Shown here piece after piece: positions 23,239-33,987 of a stretch of DNA of 64,000 nucleotides. The notes under the pieces were generated by a model that saw nothing but the letters and a program-made list of their open reading frames with translations, was not told where the DNA came from and made no database searches. The position numbers and the translations under genes were made by a program. Origin of the DNA: Carpediemonas membranifera BICM (Eukaryota; Protista; Fornicata). The stretch spans positions 236,618 through 300,617 of the forward strand of contig JAHDYR010000019.1 of the NCBI GenBank assembly GCA_019828565.1. Reading direction: 5' to 3'. Each line of letters starts with the position of its first letter. Within the stretch, counting starts at the first letter, position 1.

Positions 23239-25783
23239 TCACCAGCTTGTGTCGCCTCCCTTGCCGCTCTCAAACTCCGCTGACATGGCGATGAGCCCCG
23301 CATCCGCCGTGCCCGAGCAGGTTAAGGACGCCATGACCTCGGTGACGGCATCAACAGTCTCAACCCGGCCTGACAGCGCCAGCTTCTCCTTCACGTGCTG
23401 GCAGTAAAGCTTGACGTCACTGGCAGTGCATCGTGTCCCCGTATAGGCCTTGGCGAACTCCGCGCACAGCGGCTCTAGCCCCTCGATCGTCACAGACAGC
23501 GGCCTTAGATGGTAGTAGCACAGGTCGCGTAGGTCCTCCTCAGAGGGAAGTCCAATGTGCACCGTCACCCCCAGCCTGCCGCTCCGCCTCAGTGCAGGAT
23601 CGATCACAGCGGGCCTGCTCGTGGTACCGACAACAAGGAGGTCTGCGGCAGAGTCTACGCCGTCGATTAGGGTCAAGAGGGTGGTCAGGATGCGAGTGCC
23701 CAAGTTTCCTGTCCGATCTGATCTGCTGCTGGCGATGGCGTCGATCTCGTCAATTAGAATCACAGAAGGCACTGCCTGACGCGCGGCCTTGAACAGCTTC
23801 ACTAGCTTTCGCTCTGTCTCGCCAAGGAAAGGAGAGAGGATGTCTGGCCCCCTAATGGCGAAGGGGGTCCTCCCGCTCTCGGCAGCAAGGGCTGTGGCCA
23901 TGTACGTCTTCCCGACGCCGTTCGCACCGTGGATCATCACACCGCGAGCAGGTTTCAGCTTCATTGTCTTGAAAGCCGCCCGGCGAGCAGTAGAAAGAAG
24001 CACAGATTCCTTGAGCTGGGCGATCGCTGAGCCGTACCCGGCCACTGCAGCGAACGTTAAGCCCCGAGGCAGGTCGAAGGTGGACCAGCGGGCGGCGGGG
24101 GAGACCTTGGCTGCCCGGGTGGCGAGGGCGGAGGAGGTCAGGTGCTTGCCCGAGGCGATTGCATCCCGAACAAGGCAGGCAAGGTCACCGCGGAGGAAGC
24201 CGGGGGTGGCGCCGACGACGGCCGACACGTCCCCGTCGAGCGGCAGCGTGCCTAGCATGTCCTGAAGCACAAGGGCGCGGTCTTCTTCAGTCAACGGCGG
24301 AATCAGGATCTCCTCGTCGAGTCGACCGAATCTTCTGACCGCAGGATCGAGGTCGTCTGAGTTAGTGGCCCCGCAAATGACGGGAAGCCGGCTCTGTTGC
24401 AGGGACGTCAGCATCGTGTTCGTAAGCAGGACTGACTCAGCGTCAGAGTCACCCGAACGCACGGGGCACAGCGCTTCGAGCTCTGATATGTACAGAAGCA
24501 CGCCCCGGCCGGCCTGCCGGAAGAAGTCGAGCACCATGGCGCAGGGGTTGTCACTGTGGACAACAGCTGAGCCGCACAGGACCCTGACCTCAAGGCCAAG
24601 GGTCATACCCACGTGTCGGGCGAGTCGTGCCTTGCCCGACCCGGGAGGACCGACGAGAAGCATGCCGGAGGGGGGCCGCACGATAGTCAGGTTGGACAGG
24701 AAATGGTCGAGCATGGCGCCGCGGGTCTCCTCAGATGGCACACCGACCTCGAAGTCGGATCCGATGGCAGTCCTGAGCCGAGAGTTGACCGAGTCGTGCC
24801 GGTTGGTCGCACCTAAGATGAACACCTGCTGCGTCTTCGTCGCTGGAATCATGGAGACGATCTCCTCAGATTCACTGGAGCCGAGTGAGTCAATCTCGTC
24901 GATAAATACAAGGGCTGGGGCCTGGACGATCGCGTCGTCCAGGACTTGTCTCAGACCGGCAGGGTGCCGTTGATCATTGGTCACCGTCAGCAAGGCACAG
25001 CCCATGAGCTTCGCCAGGTGACGGGAGATGAGCGTCTTGCCGGTGCCAGGCAACCCATGGACCACGGACCCGGCTGGTATGAAATCTGGGTTGAGTCCAG
25101 CGCTCGTAAATGTCAGTCGGACCAGCCGCACGAGGTCTTCAATGTCGCCAATATAATCAGGGTCGAGTGGGGCCGGGCTGGCGTCGCTGACTAGGATGAC
25201 TCGGGTGTCATGTGTGATGACCGCCGGGCCCGGATGAGAGGGGGCTGTGAGGGTCAGGGCGACCTCGTCCATATTGCGGGGGACGACCAACACCTGGCCC
25301 TGGGTCACTACGCGCTGTCTCAGAGTCCAGTGGACGTATCGCTTGTAGTAATCGTCGGTCCAGGCGGAGACGATGGAGATCGAGACAAGGGCTGGGGGAG
25401 CGGGGGCCGTTTGGACGACGTAGACGGCATCATCCTCCGCACCTGGGAAGCATATACGGCCACAGGTAACGGCTCTGTCAGGGACAACACGGAAGTGCCA
25501 TACCGCAGTAATGTCGGACGATGAGGTGATCAATACGCTCGCCTCGAACCTAAACTGGCATTGCATCATGTCAGCGGGATGCATTAGAGCAATACTCGCA
25601 TCATCGGGTCTTGTGAGAGCGGATCCGAGGATTCTGAAGCCATTTCCAACCTTGCTGAGCGAGTGCTTGTTAGGGGTCCTAGTGGCGGACTTCTGCTGGG
25701 TAAACGCAACTGAATTCAACACATACCGGACCTTGAAAATGTCCTTGGGGCGCCTTAGGCGTCCTAGGCGTCTTTTTGGCCAT
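23239..25783 (-). CDS. CDC48/AFG2(SPATA5)-like AAA+ ATPase with three Walker A motifs; intron 25696-25726
   Basis: HGLPGTGKT, VGPPGSGKA, HGANGVGKT; Walker B IDEID twice; SRH motifs LDPAVRRFGRLD and IDPALRRSGRL. First exon MAKKTPR...QGP is spliced in frame. Confidence 0.75.
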
Positions 25784-26012
25784 CTCGCCCTGAGATCGCA
25801 GTTTATCTACCGGCGGGTGTGGTTAGACTCAACAATTCTAATCCTGCGCAGCACAGCGGGTGCTGTGACGATGTGCAGGCAGGGTGATTGATAAATGACC
25901 CCGCTGTGCTTCGGAAGCGTCAGTCAAGTGTTTAAACTGCGAAATAACATGCTCATCCACATGACCCCGCCGTGCCACACACTCGCCCAGAATATTACCT
26001 TCATACAACAAT

Positions 26013-26738
26013 TTACTCCTCCTTATCCGCTGCGGGGTTGACGGACTTGCGGCGCTCGGCAGCCTTGGCAATCTCGGTCGGCTTGTGGGTCTGGGCGGCC
26101 TTGTAAGCCTTCTGCTTGGTGTTCTTGGCCATGTTGGCAGCCTGATCCTTGGCCTTATGGACGTATGGCAGGGCGAGCTTCCAAGCCCGCTGGGGCAGGT
26201 GGTTGGCGATGGCCATGGGCGCAATGAGCGTGGGGTACCACACAGCCGCGAGGATCGCCCAGATGGGGACAACAGAGGTGATGGCGGCGCATACGAAGAG
26301 GCCTACGAAGGTCTTGACGAGGAGGGGCGTGGGGTTAGCGTGGACGTCGGTCTTGGCCTTCTCGACGCGGGCCATGACGAACCGACCGACCTTGGTGAGG
26401 TGGGGGAGGAGGTCAGTGAATGGGAGGCCCTTGGTGGTGGCCGAGGGAACCATGGGGATGCGGGGGAGGACGGCGGCGAAGAGGAGGAGGCACATCAGGT
26501 GAACGAAGAACAGGCACGCCGCGGGGACCTCGGCAGTGCGGATCACGTAGATGTAGATGGTGGAGAGTGCAGCAACAGCGGCGAAGAGAGCGGGCTTGTC
26601 GCAGACGAGGATGTTTTGGATCCACATGACGATGCTCTTGTGCTCTTCAAGCCAGTTTTCCACAGTAAGGTGGTTAATGGCTGTGTGGTGTGCGGCTTTA
26701 AGCTCAGCCGACGACGAGGTGTTCTCGTTGCTGTTCAT
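26013..26738 (-). CDS. Reticulon/ARL6IP1-like ER membrane protein
   Basis: Two long hydrophobic hairpin segments separated by a hydrophilic loop; basic C-terminal tail; strong coding codon bias. Confidence 0.55.
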   Translation of the reverse strand: MNSNENTSSSAELKAAHHTAINHLTVENWLEEHKSIVMWIQNILVCDKPALFAAVAALSTIYIYVIRTAEVPAACLFFVHLMCLLLFAAVLPRIPMVPSATTKGLPFTDLLPHLTKVGRFVMARVEKAKTDVHANPTPLLVKTFVGLFVCAAITSVVPIWAILAAVWYPTLIAPMAIANHLPQRAWKLALPYVHKAKDQAANMAKNTKQKAYKAAQTHKPTEIAKAAERRKSVNPAADKEE

Positions 26739-26783
26739 GGATTGATTTTCAAGTCGAAGCCGCAAAACTGCGCCTCCGATAGC

Positions 26784-28164
26784 TGAAGTCTGCTATAGAC
26801 GATTGAGAGTCCTACTTTACTGCTTGCACTGTGCACTCTATGATACTTCATTACCCCTTCCCGCTCTCCCTTCCTTCTTCTTGAGAGTGATATTTCGATA
26901 GTCAGTCATCATCGTCGGGGGTCATCAATCAGTGCTTCTCCAGTCCTCTCGCCAAGCAAATAGCTTCCCACCTATCGTCTACCCCATCTTACTTCCATCC
27001 GCTCTCTTCTGCTTGTCGGATTTCGGGGTCTTGATCATGACGTCTTTGCAATCATCACCATGGCCTTCCATCGCACAGCGGGCTCTTCTATGCCGCTGCC
27101 TGAAGATAAAACACTTCAGTTCTTCTAATTCTCGCCATTATCACTGCATAGTCTCGTTCATTAAACGTCTGTCGTCTTTGATGTGTGTTGTTAAGAAGTG
27201 ATCGGTTCATTCACCGCAAAACGCAGAGCTTCACATGACCAGCATCTATACGGTCAAGTTCTCCATATCCTCTCCGCATAACCACGTGATTCCTTTCATC
27301 GGATTGGAGAACAGGCTCTGCTCGTTCACGAAGGCCAAGTACTTTCACACTTGCCTCCTGTCGACCCGGGTGCTCGGGCTCTGCGTGGATTCTTCATCCG
27401 CCACCCAGATGGCACCACCAGCTCCGGTGTGGTCCCGAAGTGTGGGTACACCAAGACCCCCAGCTTCGCGTTCGATATGACTCCTGCGTCATTCAAAAGT
27501 ACAAATCTAGATAGTCTACAAAACTCGGTTAGGTTTGTGCTCCTACACGAGCAGGAAATATTCGACGCTGGGATGGTCAAGAGCTTCCGCAGAGTGCGCC
27601 TGACGAACCACATCTTGCGTCAGAAGCACTTCCACAGAGCTGGGGAGCAGCTTGCTCGCACCCTAGGATGGACTCCTCGGCGACTCCCTCGCGGTATTGC
27701 CCCTCCCCGGGCAGCCCCCACCAGGCTGGTTGTCTTCTACGGAAGCGCTAGATTCAAGACGCCCCGTCGGGTGCATCCATGCGCGCCGTATGGTCGCTTT
27801 GCTATCTTACTACCACACATCATGAGAGCTTTCAACATCACTGCTGAGGCGCACGATGCGATGCCACAACCCGAATTGTCAAGGTGCACCATGGTACAGA
27901 CAGCAACGCCTCAATTCCGATCCTACTACCACCACTTGGCTCAATCTCTCCCATAGAGACAAGACTGCTGCACAGAACATCTTGGATTGCGGCCTCATGA
28001 CGGATGCACAGTATCAAGCCAGTGCTTTCAGAAATCCAGCCCGTCTTCCCAACTATAACCCCAATACACCAATTACGGCTAAACAGCCGCTAGTCTTCGC
28101 CTCCGGGCAAGCTAATTGAAGTGGAGAGACGCAGTGCTTGCACTGTGCACTCTATGATACTTCA
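26784..28164. mobile_element. Fanzor-carrying element, copy A, bounded by direct TG...CA terminal repeats (26784-26850, 28117-28164)
   Basis: Both ends end in TGCTTGCACTGTGCACTCTATGATACTTCA and start TGAAGT; pyrimidine tract 26851-26882 (purine tract on the minus strand) abuts the left repeat; 26805-27354 is near-identical to 44023-44596 reverse-complemented. Confidence 0.8.
27235..28119 (+). pseudogene. Fanzor (TnpB-like RuvC nuclease) pseudogene, internally deleted
   Basis: MTSIYTVKFSISS...; VDPG (RuvC-I); FKSTNL...FRRVRLTNHI..QK; VVFYGSA; CHNPNC; HRDKTAAQNIL (RuvC-III). RuvC-II Glu and first CxxC are deleted, with frameshifts. Confidence 0.85.
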
Positions 28165-28357
28165 AATGCGTGCCGACCGACACCACGCCCAGCCACGCTC
28201 CTCAAAGACGACCCAGTGATCGTAGCCCGTTTATAGCGTGAGTATAGTGATGCTGGCCGTTTTTCACCGGCAACCGGTTCTCTCAGCAGTTGATGAGACC
28301 GATCGGAGAATCATTTATGATGCGGGTGTGGGTGGCGGTCGATTTCCATGACATGGT

Positions 28358-29217
28358 CTACCTCAAGGACGTCTCAACGCTCTGGCACGTCTGCTCCAGC
28401 AGCCTAAGCAGCGTCTCCTCCGTCTGCTGCCGGTCTTCCCTCTCCTGGGCGACGTCCGCAGTCATCCGAGTCGCCACATCCTCCAGCATCTTAAACATGG
28501 TCTGCTCGGTCTCCTCCCGCACCTTCTGCTCGGCCTTCATCGTCTCCTGCAGCAGAACGAGGTCCTCGCTGTATTTTCGGATGGTACGCTGGTACTTCTC
28601 GTCCCTCAGCGCCCGCTCATCCTTCTGGGATGCTGCCAGTCGCGCGGCCCGCTCCCTGATCTCGGCCTGGGTCCTCTCGAAGTCCTCCTCGGTCCCCTTG
28701 TGGCCCTTCGCCACCTCAAGCCGCACCCCGAAGCAGGCCTCGTCAATGGACTTGATCACCTTGGACTCGAGCTCTTTGCGCTGCTGGCGCTCGGCCTGGA
28801 GGTCCATGGCGACGGAGGACTCGACCAGTCGCAGCTCCTTGGTCTGCTGCTCGTCCATCATCTCCCGGTTAACCTGCTGGGAGGCCAGGGTCTCTTGGAG
28901 ACGACCGATGGCGTCGCGGATCTTTGATGCGGGCGAGATCTCGGCGGAGTAGAGGCGGTCGATGCGCTCGTCAAGCTGGCGGATCTTCAGCTCCGATTCA
29001 GCGCGGCGGTGCTGCTTCTCTTCGTCAAGGTTCACCTGGATACCACTGAGCTTCGCAGTCAGCTTAGTAAGGGGAAAATGACAGTACATACGGAGCGCAT
29101 GCGCATTTGGCTTGGAGAAGCGGAGTAATCGCTGGAAACGGGTTGACGCGCCTCGCTAGAATGATCACTATGACTTGTTTTCAAGCTTGAGTAAAAGCTA
29201 TTCGACAAGCTGTCCAT
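28358..29217 (-). CDS. SF-assemblin/beta-giardin-like coiled-coil cytoskeletal protein; intron 29063-29091
   Basis: Spliced N-terminus MDSLSNSFY...SPSQMRMRS|LTAKLSGIQ; periodic E...R.E.E coiled-coil; C-terminal EREDRQQTEETLLRLLEQTC. Confidence 0.6.
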
Positions 29218-29371
29218 GGCTGTGCCGTTTCAAAATGATGGCAAAATTTCGCAGATTAGGCATAAAATGCACCGAGATGTGGCTTCCCATCCCGTCACCC
29301 ACGCCAAGGATCCTCCACCAGCCATGCGTCCCAGTCTTAGCCGCACTTTATGTACATTGCCTTGGCCCAAC

Positions 29372-30718
29372 CTACATCTCTACCTCCACCGGCGCCGTCT
29401 CCTTCGTGTATGCCACGAACCCCTCGTCCCCGCCTCCAATCAGCGCGTCGATGTCCAGCTCGGGCAGCAGCTCTGTGATGACCTTCGCCTCCGTGTCAAC
29501 CCGCGTGGCCTGGGCCTGTGCGATGTGCTCGGGCAGCTCCGGGGGCGGGACGTAGTACTGGATGCGGCCCTTGAGCCAGGCGTCGACGATGTCCCTCGCA
29601 ACACGGTTCATGTCGGGCAGTCCGCCGAGCTTGAACATGCCCTTCCGCTGGGCGATGTACTGGAAGAACACGTGCATCGCCTCGTCCGGCTTGTCTGTAT
29701 ACTGCCCGATCTGGTCGAACACGGTGGGCCCAGCCTCGGCCTCCTCGGGGGCCAGCCGGAGGGCCCGCAGCAGCTGGAGGTGGTTGCACCGCTGGAGGAT
29801 GGTCTGCGCCACGTGGACGGGGTCCTTGATGAGCTCGGGCCGCACACAGTTTCGCAGGATAATGTCGACCTCGGTGTCGGCGTGACTGAAGACGACTCCG
29901 GGCGAGTCGATGACGGTGATGTGCTTGGTGAGGTTGATCCGCTTCAGGTCGGTGGTGAAGCCGGCTGCCCCGCCCACGCCGGTCTTCACCTCGCGGCATA
30001 TGCTGTTGATGAGGGAGCTCTTGCCGACGTTGGGATAGCCGATGACGCCGACGGTGATCTTGACCTTAGTGTTGTCCCCAATGTTCGCCAGCTTGCCCAG
30101 GGTCGCCCTCATCTCCTCCAGGCCGAACGCGGCGTCCTTCACGGTCATCGCCTGGGCGTGGTGCATCTGTTTGATCGACGCATGCTTGCCCTGCACCTGG
30201 CCTGCCTTGAAAAGCATCGTCGGGAACTGCGTCTTGAGGTACCGCACCCAACCCCGCAGCGCCTCGTTGGGGACGAGGTCGATCTTGTTGAGAACGAGGA
30301 TGATGTGCTTCTTGAACCCGAACATGGCCCGTATCCGCTGCTCAATGTCGAAGCACCGGCAGCCCATCGGGTCGCGGGCATCTAGGACCTCTAGGATGAC
30401 ATCGGCCTCCTCTAGCACCCGGTGGAGCTTGTCGTAGTACGCCCCACGGTCGAGAGAACGCTCGTCGCGGGTGTCGTTCAGCGCAGCTTGCTCGCGCTGG
30501 TGCTCACGGCGATCGAATGAGTGCTTGAGCTCAGCTGCGTGACTTGCAAGCTCCGATATGCTCTTCTGCTGCGTCTTGGCGCCGGTAATCGCCCCCTTTG
30601 TCAGTTTCATGCCAAGCTTCTCGAGCTTGGGCACGCCCATGTCCCTTTTGTTCACTTGCTTCCTACCACGCTCTATCCGCTGTTGCTTAGCGCTCCCAGA
30701 CTGCCTCTTCTTCGACAT
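29372..30718 (-). CDS. GNL3: Nucleolar circularly permuted GTPase, Nug1/GNL3 (nucleostemin)-like
   Basis: DVILEVLDARDPMGCR, LVLNKIDLVP, VGVIGYPNVGKSSLINS, VIDSPG, GMFKLGGLPD, GRIQYYVPPP. Confidence 0.88.
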   Translation of the reverse strand: MSKKRQSGSAKQQRIERGRKQVNKRDMGVPKLEKLGMKLTKGAITGAKTQQKSISELASHAAELKHSFDRREHQREQAALNDTRDERSLDRGAYYDKLHRVLEEADVILEVLDARDPMGCRCFDIEQRIRAMFGFKKHIILVLNKIDLVPNEALRGWVRYLKTQFPTMLFKAGQVQGKHASIKQMHHAQAMTVKDAAFGLEEMRATLGKLANIGDNTKVKITVGVIGYPNVGKSSLINSICREVKTGVGGAAGFTTDLKRINLTKHITVIDSPGVVFSHADTEVDIILRNCVRPELIKDPVHVAQTILQRCNHLQLLRALRLAPEEAEAGPTVFDQIGQYTDKPDEAMHVFFQYIAQRKGMFKLGGLPDMNRVARDIVDAWLKGRIQYYVPPPELPEHIAQAQATRVDTEAKVITELLPELDIDALIGGGDEGFVAYTKETAPVEVEM

Positions 30719-30864
30719 TGATGCCGTCGGGGTACTTTGTGAAAGGTGACCGTAACTCATGTAACTCACGTAAATACTTCATGCCCGGTCGTGCTCGCCA
30801 TACTTGTCGTGTATCCAACTCTAGGGCGACAATGGTCCTCCAGGATGCACCGGGTTTGCCGCAA

Positions 30865-31003
30865 GTCGACCCCCAACCGCGAGCTGGACGCAGCCAGACG
30901 GCTCGCTTCTGGAATCGGCAGGGCGCATTACACCCTGCGTATTCTGGTAGCGCGAGGATTCTGCCCCCCCCACTCGCCATCAAGACCAAAGACATCGCGT
31001 CAG
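30865..31003 (+). repeat. Dispersed ~140-nt intergenic repeat, copy c
   Basis: Aligns with 20322-20462 and (inverted) 13265-13391. Confidence 0.75.
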
Positions 31004-31053
31004 CGATCCCCTGGCAGTTATAAATATAAATATAAATACACATTTATGTGCCC

Positions 31054-33447
31054 CTACGGCTTGTAGATGTACAGCTCCTGGTCGTCCGCCGACCGCTCCA
31101 GGTACTCGTGCTCGATGAGGTGTTCGATGCGCTGCTTCATGTCCCGGGGCTGCGGGTTGAAGAAGCGCTTCACTTCGTCGCTGATCTTGAGCAGCAGGTC
31201 GTGGTGCCTCATCTGGCGGTGTCCCTTCATGATGCGGACGATCGCACTGTCGATGCTCAGCTCCCGCTCCAGCCCGGTAGCCTCGACGGCGTCTCTCTCC
31301 GCCTGGCGTGTGATCTTGATCGGCTGGACCCCGATCTGGACCTTCACGCTCGTGCTCTTGAACTTGGTGTTGACAGACAGCAACGCGTCACACCGCTTGC
31401 TCAGGTCGATGATGTCGTCATCCGTCACGGGGCTGGTGATCTTCAGCAGCGTCGACAGCCGGAACACCTTCTTGCCAGTGCGGTCCTTGACCTTCTTCGG
31501 CGTGAACAGCTGGAAGAGGTGGGCGGCGATGACCTCCCGCGGGATGCTCGACACGAGGCCGATCACAGAGGACACGGGCACGGGGCCGGGGGCCTCGAGG
31601 ACGTGCATGAACACCGCGTACTGCAGGGGCGTCATGGACACGCTGTACACCCGCTTGGACTCGGCGTCGGGCTCGGGCTCGAACTGGATGTGGACGGCGC
31701 CCTTGTCGGGCAGGAAACGCACCTCAACCTTGTCGTTCTTCGCCGTCTCCTGGGCGACGAGGTGGTCAGCGCAGCCCTGCAGCGCCGCGGGGTAGGGGAA
31801 GCTCTTGGCCGGCTCGATCGCCCAGTGCTGCTGCTGTATGAGCAGGGGGGTGAACTCAACGCCGTCTACGGCCGTCGTGGTGCGGCGGGTCGAGTGCTTG
31901 CTGATGTCCGCGATCATCTGGCGCATGTCGTGGATCCGCTCCATGTCGAAGTACTTGTCCTGCTCCCCTATAGCCTTGAGCATGGCGTTCTCCACCTCCA
32001 GATTGCCCCCGTCGAGAAGACGGTCGGCTAGATTCCTCTTGTGGTTCACTATGAACTGGTCGCGGTCATGGATGGCGATCAGCGCGTCGACAACGTGCTC
32101 GGCGACCTTCTCGATCTCAACGACGTCCTTTGTTGTTAGCAAGTTTACGTATTTCGCCAAGTACAACGGAAGAATGAAGTCACCGTCCTCGTTTGTGAAG
32201 AAGTGCCTCGGGTCTGCCTTGACGAACACGGAGAGGGCGTCGTGGAACACAGCCCGGTCGAGCCCGCCCTTGATGATCTGGTTGAACGGGGGCAGCACCA
32301 CAGTCACGAGGCCCCGGCAGAACTCCTTGAGGGCGCGCTCCCGGTCGGGCTTGTCGACCGCGATGAACTTGGCGATGTACTTCTCGGCGAGCTCCTCGAC
32401 GGACTTCTTGAAGCTTGCGACGACAGAGGCCTGGATCTCCCCCAGGATGCTGGTGCGGCCGACAATGACGTCGGGGTTGGTCTCGCTGGCTTCACGGGCA
32501 ATGCGGTCCGCCGTGACAGCGAGGTTAGTGATCTTGGCGACCGTCGTGACGGCCGTAGCGTCCTTGAGCACGACGGACAGCACGCTGCGGAGAGAGCGGT
32601 CGCCCGACTCGAGCAGGAAGTCCGTATGGGCGTCGACCAGGCCGGACATGCAGGAGAAGAGCATCTCCGCCTCGAGTGACTCGAAGACCTTGGACTCGTG
32701 CGACAGCAGGCGTCTCTCGGCCGCCACCCGGTCGAACACGGTCTCGACGTAGTCGGGCACGGTCAGCTTCTCTCGCAGCTCCTTGCCGGTGCGGATCCAG
32801 AAGCCCTTGGCCTCCTCCATGAGCGGGACGCCGAACAGCTTGATGAACTGCGTGTTGTCCGCCGTCTTGGTCATCTGGCCGGACACCTCGCGGGGCCGGG
32901 GGGCGGCGGGCTTCTCGGACAGCAGCCGCTTGTACGCCTTGAACGCGTTGATGATCTTTTGGACGTCGACGTCGGCGTCACCGGACCTGAGCCGTGTGAC
33001 CTCCTGCTGGATGAACTTGATGACGTCGTCCTGGTACTTAACATGCACCGTCTGGTACAGCGCGCTCATGGTCTCGACGCTGTCGTCCGCGCTGCTCTTG
33101 TTCTTGGAGTAGGAGTTGTATGCACTGCCGATGACGTAGTTGAACATGACGTCGAGGCACTCCTGGAACGATCCCGCCTCCTGGACAACCGTGTACAGCC
33201 CATCGACGAGCTCGTAGCCCGATCTCTCCCGCATATGGTAGTTGTCGAGCATCACGTAGTACTTCTTCAGCTGGGCGAGGAACCAGCGCTGAGCCTTGTC
33301 AGACTCGCTTCCTCGGTTGCGGACAACGACGTAGATCTTCTTGTTGAGCTCAACAAGGTCGTTGGAGTGATCCCGATAGCCAGACTCGTTACGAAGCAGG
33401 TATTGTTGGAAGAACTTGTCCATGGCATCCTGTACGATGGGATCCAT
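31054..33447 (-). CDS. Cullin (divergent), full length
   Basis: DRDQF...HKRNLADRLL, E..ML..I; C-terminal neddylation domain IDSAIVRIMKG...MKQRIEHLIEHEYLER...YIY. Start taken as MDPIVQ. Confidence 0.9.
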   Translation of the reverse strand: MDPIVQDAMDKFFQQYLLRNESGYRDHSNDLVELNKKIYVVVRNRGSESDKAQRWFLAQLKKYYVMLDNYHMRERSGYELVDGLYTVVQEAGSFQECLDVMFNYVIGSAYNSYSKNKSSADDSVETMSALYQTVHVKYQDDVIKFIQQEVTRLRSGDADVDVQKIINAFKAYKRLLSEKPAAPRPREVSGQMTKTADNTQFIKLFGVPLMEEAKGFWIRTGKELREKLTVPDYVETVFDRVAAERRLLSHESKVFESLEAEMLFSCMSGLVDAHTDFLLESGDRSLRSVLSVVLKDATAVTTVAKITNLAVTADRIAREASETNPDVIVGRTSILGEIQASVVASFKKSVEELAEKYIAKFIAVDKPDRERALKEFCRGLVTVVLPPFNQIIKGGLDRAVFHDALSVFVKADPRHFFTNEDGDFILPLYLAKYVNLLTTKDVVEIEKVAEHVVDALIAIHDRDQFIVNHKRNLADRLLDGGNLEVENAMLKAIGEQDKYFDMERIHDMRQMIADISKHSTRRTTTAVDGVEFTPLLIQQQHWAIEPAKSFPYPAALQGCADHLVAQETAKNDKVEVRFLPDKGAVHIQFEPEPDAESKRVYSVSMTPLQYAVFMHVLEAPGPVPVSSVIGLVSSIPREVIAAHLFQLFTPKKVKDRTGKKVFRLSTLLKITSPVTDDDIIDLSKRCDALLSVNTKFKSTSVKVQIGVQPIKITRQAERDAVEATGLERELSIDSAIVRIMKGHRQMRHHDLLLKISDEVKRFFNPQPRDMKQRIEHLIEHEYLERSADDQELYIYKP

Positions 33448-33682
33448 CGTGTTTGCCGCTTCATCTTCTTCGCGAAGGCCCGCAAGAACTGAACTAGTCT
33501 CGTGTGTGCGGTTGGATTGCTCCTCACGGCGTGGGATCATGCAGTGCAATGGGTTTCGATTTTGCCGACACCAAACATGTGCGGCATGTATACCATAAAT
33601 CCGGTGGTTGTACGGAGACAGAGCGAGAGCGCTGGGGCCTGGTCAGCGTGGCCGACTTTCACCACTTGAACGCCAAGGTCAC

Positions 33683-33908
33683 GATGCCTCTTGTGAATCA
33701 AATCGAATCCACAGGACCACCCTGGACTCAGCGATAGCTGGCTCAAATGATCGAGGGTGTCCTTGTTTACGTTACCTGGGTCTGACCGAGGAGTGTCGTC
33801 GGATAGGCCGACGTGAAACGAAGCTGCCGAGATGCATGCCAACCCGCCGATTCACTCGGGGTTGTCGGCCGTCTTCTTAGACAGCAGCCGCTTGTACGCG
33901 CTGATCTT
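33683..33908 (-). pseudogene. Collapsed relic of an older cullin copy (also at 36585-36810)
   Basis: Collinear patches match cullin CDS: 33683~32031 (15/18), 33759~32125/32143, 33775~32206, 33861~32854 (14/15), 33880~32918 (20/20). Confidence 0.7.
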
Positions 33909-33987
33909 CATTTTATCGTTTTCTCATTTTTGATATGCTAGCCAACCCAGTCGACCGACACACCACAAACACGAGAATCAACACAGT

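Noticed and set aside
28090-28116. tRNA primer-binding site next to the putative 5' LTR (ATTAGCTTGCCC on minus strand)
   Set aside because: Does not begin with TGG and I cannot match it to a tRNA.
28173-28182. Putative guide matching CGACCGACAC near 33952
   Set aside because: Only 10 nt; expected by chance.
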